In this document: positions 21,872-32,100 of the stretch, in pieces | How positions within the stretch are numbered: the stretch's first letter is position 1 | How the letters are laid out: every line of letters begins with the position of its first letter | DNA from: Schizochytrium sp. TIO01 | Lineage: Eukaryota; Protista; Bigyra: Labyrinthulomycetes | Length of the DNA stretch: 64,000 nt | Direction: 5' to 3' | Assembly: GCA_004764695.1 (NCBI GenBank) | Contig: SMSO01000005.1 | Location: 434,001 to 498,000 of the forward strand | The notes under the pieces: model-generated | What the model saw: only the letters and a program-made list of their open reading frames with translations | The model's database searches: none | Told to the model about the DNA's origin: nothing | Translations under genes and position numbers: made by a program

Positions 21872-24577
21872 ATGTCACACCATGAGTCTGTCCAGGTTGC
21901 TATTCGCGTGCGGCCTATGATTGGCCGTGAGCAACTTCGTGGTGGGGGTAAGAATCGGAGCCGTAGTGTGGTGTCTGTGGAAGAGCAAACAGCAACGGTG
22001 CAGGTATGTAACTCAGATTTGGCTCAATCGGAAGCATCTCTGTTAGATTCTGAGCGTGCGGAAGATATTAATCAGCACCAAAGCCAAACTACATTCCAGC
22101 GCAAGCATCGGTTCAAAGAGCGAAATCTGAGCTGTGCATATGATAAAGTCTTTGGTCCTTTAGCTACCCAGGAGGATGTGTATTTCGCAACGGTTGCTTC
22201 TTCTGTCCGCTCTGTTGTTGAAGGTATCAACTGCACAGTGTTTGCCTATGGGCAAACTGGTACGGGGAAAACATTTACAATTCTGGGCGAGGGCCCCGAA
22301 GTCCAACGTGCATTGCCAGGTGCTGAACAATCAAATGGAGGTAGTGCTGATATCGCAAAAAGAGGTATCATTCCTCGCGCAGTCAATCAGCTTTTTGATA
22401 TTCTTGAAGAAAAGCGTGAAGAGGACGCTCCCGATGGCCCTGAGCAAGAAGAAGAAGAGGAGCATGGCAAGCTTATTTCAAGTACTGTGTATTGTTCATA
22501 TTTGCAAATCTATAATGAGCATTTATATGATTTGTTGCAAGACCAGAAGCGCCAATTTCCGCTCAAGATCAGATACACTAAGAAGAAGCAAACATATGTT
22601 CAGGGTCTCTCTGAGATCCGAGTCTCTGGGCTTACCGATATTTTAGAGGTTCTTCAGCGTGGCGCCAGGAATCGCGCAATTCGGGCAACAGCATATAACC
22701 AAGCAAGTAGTCGCAGTCATGCAATTCTTCAGCTTCGAGTGGAAACTGAAGAACAGATTGGGGGAATCTCAGAGTCTCGCGTTCTCCGCTCTGCTAAGCT
22801 TAATTTTGTTGACCTTGCGGGCTCTGAGAAGTGGGAAAACGAACAGCAAATGTCTGAAAAGCATCTCAAAGAGATGGCGCGCATCAACAAAAGTTTGTCC
22901 CACCTTGGAAATGTTGTACAAGCTTTGGGTGAAAAGAACCGCCCTCATGTTCCATATCGTGATTCTCAGCTCACAAGACTCTTGCAGGATAGTCTTGGAG
23001 GAAATACACGTACTACTATTATTTGCACTCTTTCACCTGCTGCAGACTGCATCGAAGAAACTGTATCTACCCTTCAGTTTGCAGACCGTGCTAAGCAGGT
23101 TATGGTTCACGTAAAAGCTAATGAAGTGGTAGACGATTCTATTCTCCTAGCTCGAGCGCAAGCAGAAATTGCAAGGCTACGACGTCTCCTTCGAGAGCAA
23201 ACAGAAGCAACCGACGGTCCGATGGGTGAAATGAGGCAAGAAAATATACGCCTGCAGCGATTGGTCGACTCACTTCGTCTTGAAAATGCTGATTTACGTG
23301 CGCAAATTGCAGCATTTGCTTCTTCAGGCATATTCAAGAATCAAGAAAATGAGATTGAGTCTCATCACGAGATGAAGTCTTCTCAGGAAAACAAAGAACT
23401 TAAATATGACTCTAGTAATGTTGAGGAACACACACTTGTGGAACCTGAGCATAGTAGCCCACGAGACCTCAATCCACAGAAGAGCGAGCACAAACAAGAC
23501 AAAACAGCAAATCCTCACGAAGATGCAGAATCTCTTGAAGCAAATGTAGGACTTCATTCCAGAGGTGGAGACCAACTGAGTTTCCAGCCTGCGCCAAGTG
23601 ACATCACACGTGCTCTTAAGGACGACCTCGAAGAAAATGCGATCCTTGACGATGAGGATGATGATGAAAATAACTATGGATCTGATGGTGAAGATGTTTG
23701 CGAGGCTGGCGACAATGTCATGGAAGATAATAAGTCTCATGCATCAGAAATAAAAACCAAAGGTGATCATGTAGTCACACATGCTGAAGAGTATGCAGCC
23801 GTTCATGAGCAGGAAGCAAAGGCAGATCTTCACGCCCGAGAGCTCCGTAAACTTGCTGCGGAAGAAGCAAAAGCTAGGGACGAAATGCAACAGGAAATAC
23901 AACAACTAGAAGATATTCAGCGTGAGAGGCGCAAATTAGAAGAGGCCATGCGTCTTTTGCGCACGCGCGCACCTAAAAAGCGCGCAAAGAAGACCAACAC
24001 ACCCAAGAAAGCTTCAACATTGAAGCCAACTCCGCCTCAGGAAAAACTCAACTTCAGTGGACAAGATATTGGGCGCTCATTAAGCTTGTACCAATGCCGA
24101 GTTGACGCATGGTACGAAGTCACAGTTGTAGGGTTTGATGGCAAATCTGGAATGCATTTGGTAAAATACGAGGACGATGGGACAAAACAATGGCATCAAA
24201 TGGAAGGACGTAAATACACGTTTTTGAACTCTACTTCAACCATTCCAGGAGGTTCTATTCAGAAAGACCCTATGCTACGACTCAGTAGAAGTCAAGGGTC
24301 AAAGAAGCCACGAAAGAAAAGTGCTGTGAACCGTGGCCGAATTGCAGGAAAAGTAGCCGCCGTCCGTTCTGTGTACGGATCTTCTAGTGCTCCTAGCAGC
24401 TCATCTGGCGTCAATCATGTAGGTGACCATTCACCAGTGATGAATGCTCAAATGCGAAAGTCCATTCATCAAGAGATTGTACACGATGCAGAAGAGAGCC
24501 GGGTTGAAGGACCAGAGGATTCTGATATCCTTGCATCCTTACAGCAAGAAGGATTGGGATACACAAATCAAGAATAG
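21872..24577 (+). CDS. Kinesin motor protein with coiled coil and C-terminal Tudor-like domain
   Basis: VQVAIRVRP, P-loop AYGQTGTGKT, switch I NQASSRSH, switch II DLAGSE and HVPYRDSQLTRLLQDSLGG. C-terminal IGRSLSLY...WYEVTVVGFD...HLVKYEDDG is Tudor-like. Confidence 0.96.
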   Translation: MSHHESVQVAIRVRPMIGREQLRGGGKNRSRSVVSVEEQTATVQVCNSDLAQSEASLLDSERAEDINQHQSQTTFQRKHRFKERNLSCAYDKVFGPLATQEDVYFATVASSVRSVVEGINCTVFAYGQTGTGKTFTILGEGPEVQRALPGAEQSNGGSADIAKRGIIPRAVNQLFDILEEKREEDAPDGPEQEEEEEHGKLISSTVYCSYLQIYNEHLYDLLQDQKRQFPLKIRYTKKKQTYVQGLSEIRVSGLTDILEVLQRGARNRAIRATAYNQASSRSHAILQLRVETEEQIGGISESRVLRSAKLNFVDLAGSEKWENEQQMSEKHLKEMARINKSLSHLGNVVQALGEKNRPHVPYRDSQLTRLLQDSLGGNTRTTIICTLSPAADCIEETVSTLQFADRAKQVMVHVKANEVVDDSILLARAQAEIARLRRLLREQTEATDGPMGEMRQENIRLQRLVDSLRLENADLRAQIAAFASSGIFKNQENEIESHHEMKSSQENKELKYDSSNVEEHTLVEPEHSSPRDLNPQKSEHKQDKTANPHEDAESLEANVGLHSRGGDQLSFQPAPSDITRALKDDLEENAILDDEDDDENNYGSDGEDVCEAGDNVMEDNKSHASEIKTKGDHVVTHAEEYAAVHEQEAKADLHARELRKLAAEEAKARDEMQQEIQQLEDIQRERRKLEEAMRLLRTRAPKKRAKKTNTPKKASTLKPTPPQEKLNFSGQDIGRSLSLYQCRVDAWYEVTVVGFDGKSGMHLVKYEDDGTKQWHQMEGRKYTFLNSTSTIPGGSIQKDPMLRLSRSQGSKKPRKKSAVNRGRIAGKVAAVRSVYGSSSAPSSSSGVNHVGDHSPVMNAQMRKSIHQEIVHDAEESRVEGPEDSDILASLQQEGLGYTNQE

Positions 24578-25497
24578 ATATGCAATCGAACCTTTGCAAA
24601 TATCTTCTCCTGATCTACAGGAATCCTTAAGATGCGTTGTGAAGTCCCTCTGTTGACATACTTTCCGAGTATATATTTTTAACTGATATACTGTTAAAGT
24701 TTTGATGAATGTACAGATTTAGTTTTCCGGGAATAGTTTCAATTAAGAAAAAACGACAACGCTGTCCACAATCTTAGCAATCACACATATAACTTTCTGA
24801 AGCAAATTGATGAAGTGAAGATTCAGAATTCCTCGAAAATCTGATTTTTATTTTTATTTTTGTCTAATATTTTAAAACACTCTGGGTAGCTAACCTGAGG
24901 TACCTACGTAGTATGTTGATTGAAAAAGAAAAACAAACATAGAATTAGAAGAGCGCACATGGCCATCGATGTAATTACGAAGAATTCGAATTAAATCATG
25001 AATGTCCCTACCCATATCTTAGTTGGGCGCATTTGTTTACGAAGGGACACACTAACCACAGATGCATCACAAAAGATCCCCGTGCCATTCTCCGCAACGT
25101 ATGGATTAAAGGTGTGAATGAGCAGACCTGGGAGATTTAGTCTCAACCTCGACCGACCAAACACGTTCCAGGAAAAGCAAATAGGCGGAGGATGTATCAA
25201 TATTTCCAGGATCGATATTCGTGACACGATCATCACTGAAGTTATGCCACACCTGAGTTCGCACATGTCGAGCATTGGCTATGTAATAGCCACCAGACAC
25301 AAAGTCCATGTGGTTAACCATGCCAAAGAGTTCATACTCGGGGAGCTCGGCGGCGAGACCCTTGTGGCAATACGGGGATATGCCCAAAGTGCTTTCCGGA
25401 GGAAGCTGAAGCCTCGTCTGAAGTTTTTCTGCTGCAGTGGAGAAACCTGTGCAAATCGCTTCAAATCAAAACCACAAGCATATCCGTAATACGAAAC
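23093..25497. repeat. Left copy of a diverged direct segmental duplication (kinesin 3' part + intergenic + USP 3' end)
   Basis: 23093-23180 aligns by eye to 35568-35655, and 24651-25497 aligns to 35663-36468. Shared blocks include gttaaagttttgatgaatgtacag, aacatagaattagaagagc and atcaatatttccaggatcgatattcgtgacacgatcatc. Confidence 0.92.
25106..25497 (-). pseudogene. USP (peptidase C19) 3' remnant, paralog of 36077..38164
   Basis: Near-identical C-terminus (RHVRTQVWHNF.DDRVTNIDPGNIDTSSAYLLFLERV) but 5'-truncated. It is frameshifted in an A-run (~25425), and the catalytic His box GGHYTA has become GGYYIA. Confidence 0.92.
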
Positions 25498-25547
25498 ATG
25501 AGAGTCAAAGCAGGCCGGGAAAGAAGAGAAAAGAAATCACACCAACA

Positions 25548-26669
25548 TCACCTGGCATAAACGACATTGCCGCGAACAGAAAATATCTGTCCAGAAAGGC
25601 TACATTGCATCGCCGCTGAGATCTCATCCTGTGCCTTCTGCGGAATTTCACCATACCTAGTAGAATCAGTAAACAAACTGACCAGACGAAGCTTCGAGTT
25701 CTCATGCTTCAACGCAGCCACAATACGCTCATAATCAGCTTCATCAGAATTGATAAGAAACAACGAAACGACACTATGAAGGAACTCAGAAGAAGCCGCT
25801 GTGCTCCCCAGAGTAGTTGCCTCAAGGATCTTGAGACATGCAAAACCCGAACTCTCCACGAAGAAACGATCCACGCCCATACTCTCGGCATCTAGGACCT
25901 TGATCTTCCGCAAGCTCTGCGGATTCTTCTTCTCCAGAAGACCATCAAAAAAGCTCCTCGCAGCAAAATGCTCCCTTATCGCATGACGATCAATAATCAA
26001 CTGGCTACTAATCGAAACCTCCCACGCATTACTGAGAGATGCACCAAATCGTATCATGGCGTCCTTTAAGTCATTCAGATCATTGCTGGTTGCTTGGAAA
26101 CCAGCGTACTCCCAAATCTCGCCAATAAAAAGCTCACTGAAGCAAAAACCTTCCGGATCAGAGAGTATATTGATAAGAGACTTATATGTTGGCAGAACAT
26201 CAAAAGAATATGACTTTGCATTGAGAAGAGCATTGCTTCCATTAGACAGAACGCAACAAACAGCAGAGTAAAGGTTTTCGAGCAACAAGTAAAAACGGAC
26301 GTCACGAAAACTACCTGAACCATTAATAATGTTTAAAGCAGACTTAACGCGTTCTGTATTGAATCGGAACTTTACATGCAGTAAGTCTGGGTCTATATCA
26401 TCGGGGAAAGCTTTGAGGAAAGTCCCCATACCAGGTTTAAACTGGTCCACATTATCAAGTTCGAGATAGATCGGGCGACCATCCATGCCATCCATAACAG
26501 GGAACTTAGTGCTCTTGAAAGTAGCAATAGGGTAGCTACAATCGATAGTGTATCGGTGGCTTAATGAATCAGTCTCGAGTGTGAACGGAGCTGAAGAGCT
26601 TTTACGCTCCGCCCCTTCGAATTGGCGTGAACCTGATAGACGTCGAAGCATATTTGCAAGAAAAGACAT
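25548..26669 (-). CDS. Hypothetical protein (373 aa); may end at 25505 through a frameshift near 25608
   Basis: Long ATG-initiated ORF with globular composition and no motif I recognise. The adjacent frame continues NVAFLDRYFLFAAMSFMPGDVGVISFLF, which reads like a natural C-terminus. Confidence 0.6.
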   Translation of the reverse strand: MSFLANMLRRLSGSRQFEGAERKSSSAPFTLETDSLSHRYTIDCSYPIATFKSTKFPVMDGMDGRPIYLELDNVDQFKPGMGTFLKAFPDDIDPDLLHVKFRFNTERVKSALNIINGSGSFRDVRFYLLLENLYSAVCCVLSNGSNALLNAKSYSFDVLPTYKSLINILSDPEGFCFSELFIGEIWEYAGFQATSNDLNDLKDAMIRFGASLSNAWEVSISSQLIIDRHAIREHFAARSFFDGLLEKKNPQSLRKIKVLDAESMGVDRFFVESSGFACLKILEATTLGSTAASSEFLHSVVSLFLINSDEADYERIVAALKHENSKLRLVSLFTDSTRYGEIPQKAQDEISAAMQCSLSGQIFSVRGNVVYAR

Positions 26670-27470
26670 TGCAATAACACAACGAACGAGAGAACAATAG
26701 GTGTTTTACTCTCTACAGGCAATCTCCCCACGAAGCTTGAAGCTGCTTGGTAACAAATGTTCGAAGAATTAGGCACAGCGAGTTAGGTTTTTGTTTTCTC
26801 GAAAGTTTGCTATAGTGTAGTCATGGGGGTGTAGGTACTGGTTTTATACTTAGTCATAATGATGCGAGGAAAGGAATACCCCCTTGTGGATGAAGAGGAG
26901 AGAAAGACGTGCATAAGATCGCACAGACCAGCTACGGGCTGGATCTTCTTCACTTGCAAATGAGCCCTGGACATTTGAAAATGAACTTTCTTCCAAGAAA
27001 ATAGTGTGCACTATATGATGATTATATAAGATTTATTTATATGCTGGCTATCAAGTAAGAAGATCTCGCTCGTTTGTATTGTTTAGTCTCTCACCTCCTC
27101 TCCTTTTCCAGTGAGGGTACGCAAATAAATGTAGAAGAAACTATACACCTAGTTCTTTTTTGTGCCGCAGTTGTCTTTATAAGCCACAATTCCACCTTCC
27201 AAGTCCTTGCCCGCTCCTTAAAATGAACACATTTCATTTCGCTCTTTAATTTTAAAATAAAAATGAAAATTCATTTAGATAGGGAACCTAGTATTTCATT
27301 AATATTGTTATTATTATTGTTATTTGTAACTAGTCCCAGTCATGTTTATTAGCATGAAAACAAATAAAATATATTTTAACTGTCGTCACAGCATAGACAT
27401 ACCCAGTTTTGGTCATTCAACGAAACTATTGAGAGGTCAGTGATTTCCCAATGGCCCGGCATACAGCCTT

Positions 27471-27990
27471 TCATTCTCTTGAAAGCAGGTCTGCCATCAA
27501 GCCAAAAGCATGCATGGTCTCTGGAGAAAGGAATCGATACTGATTCACAAGCCTGGTTAAATCCAGCACATACCTGCTTTGCTCATTGTGATGGTTTTGT
27601 GATGTAAAATTCGCCAGGATCACAAATACTTCGGAGTTTTCAACGTCCTTTTCGAATGATTTTTCAGATGAGCGAATCACGATTTCCTCATATTGGAAAA
27701 TGGGTTTCCAAGTCGTTCTTTACAGCATGGCGGAAGAAGTGGGCAAGTCTGCAAATTTACTGGCAATGATTGTCATCAGGCATCATATTTGCTGTTTGAT
27801 CTTTCAGTGATACAGATGAACTGGTTTCCAGTGGTGTTACGAAATTTAATCGTGAGAAGTCAGTAGCAATAGAGGAGTTGTTTAATTTGACGGATACACC
27901 ACTCCGTCTCAAAATATCCAGACCTTCATTCGTGGGCCCAGCAAACACAATAAAGCCCTCCAACCGCTTCTTTCTCTTCCTACTATCCAT
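27471..27990 (-). pseudogene. Decayed ORF of unknown family
   Basis: Two collinear short ORFs (27757..27990 and 27471..27680) can be joined through one frameshift and one stop (LMTIIASKFADLPTSSAML*RTTWKPIFQYEEIVIRSSEK). Confidence 0.35.
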
Positions 27991-28167
27991 GTATCCTTCG
28001 AAAAAACACTAAGCGCGGTGATTGTTCTCCTCACACGCTCGCCAGAGCAATGATTCTGAATATTTACGGCTCTAGCACTCCATCGGTAGCTTCGTCGCTG
28101 TTCTCTACGCTGTCATTGGGAAACGCATTTTCTCTTTTACCTTTCTTTTTCTTTAATTAAAATAAAC

Positions 28168-29130
28168 TTAATCTTGAGCAGTATAACAGCGTCGTATTTT
28201 AATCTGTGTGATAATGGCTGGATTGTGAAGAATCGTGGAGACATGGACATTCGTACCTTGTTGTAGTCTGCCAGTGTAGAATAGCCTCTTCTTTAGTTTG
28301 AATTTCACGAACTTTTGGCCAAATGAGGCTTGTCCATTGTGGGTGAGTGAAATTTTCACGTGTTTCTGCATCACCAATTGTTTGTGTGCCAAATGGTCAT
28401 CACATTCATTTAAACGAAGCAGGACGGAATGCAATTGCTTATTACCGGGTCTGCTCGCTCGGTTGAGGAGAGGCAAAATCTCCGTTTGTAATATCTGCAC
28501 TGACTTGGCAGATTTTGTAGAAATGTAGACTTAGTACTTCCCGGATGTCTTACGACGATGCAGACTGCTCTATTTCTGTGGTGAAGAGGGCAAGACCCTG
28601 TTTGATACACAAGGCTGTGCTTAGCCTTCTTCTGTTTCGTCTTCATATGTCTTATATGGTGGTCAATCTGATGGTCGTGCTTTGTTTGGCCCTCATGACA
28701 TTCTCTTTGTGATGATGGCTGGCCTTTGTCTTATAGTGTCTGTATAACTTGTTGTGCTGATGGTTTTTCTTGTCGTCGTGGTGCTGCTGTGCTTCTTTGA
28801 GTGCTTCCCTGTAACTTTTTGTTGTTGCTGTTGTTGTTGGCAGTATAGCGATGCTCCTGATAATGCCTCTTCCTGTTCTTGTGATGAAGTGGGGCCGCTT
28901 TTCTAGGTGACCTAACCCTCCTCTTGAGGGTGTGGAGTAGCTAGGCTTACGACAAGGGGTGTGTGTGTTCTCCCGTCCCCATGACTTAACAGCGATGTCG
29001 TTTCTGTAATCGTCTCCGTTAACGTCGAAATCGCCTCAGTCTTCGTCGTGATGGTCTACATTGTGTATGTGGTCCCTACGCAAGGGGCATAGCTGGCCTC
29101 TGTGCGTACCACGGTAGCTCACAAGCGTTA
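28168..29130 (-). pseudogene. Decayed His/Lys-rich gene directly downstream of the primase-helicase
   Basis: Three overlapping open segments can be chained with one stop and two frameshifts: HNVDHHDED*GDFDVNGDDYRND...QQHHDDKKNHQHNKLYRHYKTKASHHHKE, then HDHQIDHHIRHMKTKQKKAKH..., then VQILQTEILPLL...IKIRRCYTAQD. The probable start codon reads ACG (~29128). Confidence 0.45.
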
Positions 29131-29199
29131 AAAGAAAAGGAGCACAACCTAATTTATTGTTCAGGCTTATCTACAATAATCTAATGATGTAATTTTATT

Positions 29200-32100
29200 T
29201 CAGGCAGGATTATGTACGTCCCCACGTCGGAATAGGTTATCGATTTCTCGCTTGCGGAACTCAATCATTTTGTTTATCTCGGTCTCCATGATCCTTTTAC
29301 AATGAGGCGAGATAATTTGGTCGTGGAACCCGATAGGATCCAGTTCTGTTGGGTTGATTGGCAAAAAAGGAGCTTTTACTGCACCCCACAACTTTTGGCG
29401 CTCTTCTACGAAAGTTTTGGCACGGGAGAAAGCAACTTGACCCTTCCGGCGATGCTTGAGAATGTGAGTGCTGTGAATAGACATAAGGGTCCTGGAGCGG
29501 TCGTCGCTAAGTGCATTGCCGCCAACGCTGCTGCTGTTATCGTTGCCTCCCTCAGTTTGACCTCTCTCTTCAAGCAGAGTTGCTGTAGCATCATTGTGTT
29601 GCTCCTCGTCTTCTTCGTTATTTAGATCAACACCATAGGCATAGTCGCCGAAAATGTAGTCGTCGTAGCCGCCTCCCTCTTCGTCTCCGTCTGACTCAGA
29701 GTCTATATCCGCAATCGTGTTGCCGTCTGCTATCGTGTGGTCGTCTGCAATCGTGTTGCCGTCTGCTATCGTGTGGTCGTCTGCAACCGTGTTGCCGTCT
29801 GCTATAGTATAGTCGTCCGCAACCGTGTTGCCATCTGCTATAGTGTGGTTATCTGCGTCGTTGGCTTGCTGAGGCTGGTACATGGGTTCTTCTTGATGTT
29901 GCTTAAGTTGTTCTTCTTTGCTTAGAAGCATGTTCATGAACTCACTGGGGTGCTTGATCTGGTTCCGGATGGCAGTGAGTTTGGCGCGCACCGTCTCCAG
30001 CTGTCGGTCTTGAAGCTTGAGGTCGGTGGCACCCTCAACAAAGACGCGAGCATACATTTTTTCAACCATGAAGCACAGATCATCGTGACCAACACTGGCA
30101 CAGCGGCAGTAAACGGTTACTTCCTTGCGCTTCTCTGCGTCCAGGTAACGGAAGGTATGCCTGGCGATGCACTTTCCAGGATCTCCCTCTTCTTCACAAG
30201 TATGCCCCTGCTGTTGTTGTCCATTCTCCTGCTGCTCTTCACCTCGGTTTCTGCTACGTCGAGAGGTGCGTTCGCTCACGAAATTAATGTCGAAATGGGT
30301 CTCAAAAAACATCTTCAAGATAACGTAAACGTTCTTCCACGTGAAGTCTGTAAATTCGCCGCCTATTCCGATTGGTGGTAATGTGTTCTTCTTCTGAGGA
30401 ATGCTGAAAGCCTTGAGGCGCCGTGCAACGACGTCTTTCAGCCACCGTTGCAAAGCCCTATCTTTGATGAGTCTTTGCGCAGAGAGTGCAATGTGCAGCT
30501 TGAAGGCACTAAAAAAATCTGTCTCAATCATCTGAAAGTCTGCGCCGCAAGCGTAGAGCAGAATCTTCACCCAGTGTTGTTTCTCGAAGTCGGTTGGCAT
30601 TGTCTCCTCGATCATTCGCTGACCCAAATCATTGTAGCTGAGGACCTCCGAGTTGGAATGTGATGCATTGATGACAGTGGCAGTGATGAGGTGTGAGTCC
30701 CGGGCCAGCTGTGCCAGATCCTGCATCCCCAAGAAGAGAATGCGGATGGTATCGTCGATCTTTGCAAAATCTGACATTTTGTTTACATTCAGTTGCGCAA
30801 TGAGTTCTTTGAACACCTTCGGTTCAACACCGGGTTTTATGGCAAAGAAGCGTCGGATTGTGTTATCGTCTACTAACGCCCCCACCTGGCTCTCCTCGAC
30901 CTTCATTCTCTTGTCCATTTGTAACTTTTGCAGCGTATGCTGGTATGCGCGTTTATTCATGACTCCACGAGTAGAAATCTGTGTGACGCAGCGCTTTCGC
31001 TCTTTGCTTTGGATCTCTGTCATCAGAACTCTAAAGTCTATATTATTCCGTACGACGCACTTATCGTCAAAGAGGTACTTCACGTAAGGATCTCTTGCCT
31101 GCTGTAACTTCACCCACTCCATGCGCAGGTTGCCGAATGAGCGATGATTTTCTGCAGCATTGTAAGCCTGAATCTCGAGGAGGTGTTTGTCAATGAGACT
31201 GCGAGAGAAAGAGACAGTATCCTGTTGCGCCATGCCCTCCTGCGCAGATCCCAAAAGATAGGCACGTCGATACATCACCAAATCTACGAGTGCAGCCGCA
31301 GGAGTGACGGGCAGCTCTTCAGTTTTATCTGTGGACGCACTTATGTAAACATGACAGATACCGGATTCAATACGCCGCACTCGGTCTCTCATCTGGTTAA
31401 TGGCTCGCGCACAGCAGGATTTGTTGGTGGCATAGCAGAAGGACACGTGGAAATGTTCTTGCAAAAAGTCGACTCCTGCACCCACGGTGGGGCTGATCAG
31501 CAGCACCTTGGCTTCCTTCCAGGCTTTGTTGCTGTGTTCCATGCGGGCTTTCTCTGTGTTCGTAGATTTCGACGTGATCGTGTGAATTGCACCGTATAGT
31601 TCCTCAATGCGCCTGACATAAGGACTAGCATCCACCTGTGCGGTCACGAAGCCGTTCTCTTCCTGCAGACACCGTCTGTAGCGGTCCATGATCTCTGTCA
31701 GTCGCATGTGCAGCCAGGACTTCAGGCGTTCAATCTGGTTGATAGAATTGGACACGACGAGGCAGTTAAAATTCTCCATGATTGCGCAGCGCAGCAGCTC
31801 ATTTGCCCACTCCCACTCGCCTGCGTATTCGATGAATTTTGTGCGGATGGGAACTCGCCGATTGTAATGGTAGTACAGATTGGGGATCTCCACCTGATCC
31901 ATGGAGGGAGACATCTGCCCCCTTGTCATCCGCAGGAAGCGCTGTTCGCGTGGGCCCAGGTCTGCATCGCTCACAATGAGGATCTTAGCACATTTGATGA
32001 TTTGAAAGAAGATGTTCCAGATGTCGCTCAGCTTGGTTTTGAGTGTGTCTGAGTTTAGGTGGCTCAAAAGGGAGCATATCTCGTCACAAAAGACCACATC

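Noticed and set aside
28168-29061. Single-frame reading with eight stops, suggesting stop-codon recoding or C-to-T hypermutation
   Set aside because: The stop density in that frame is about what random sequence gives; a frameshifted reading explains the region better.
29708-29856. CRISPR-like array
   Set aside because: The units are contiguous with no unique spacers, lie in frame within a CDS, and no cas genes are present.
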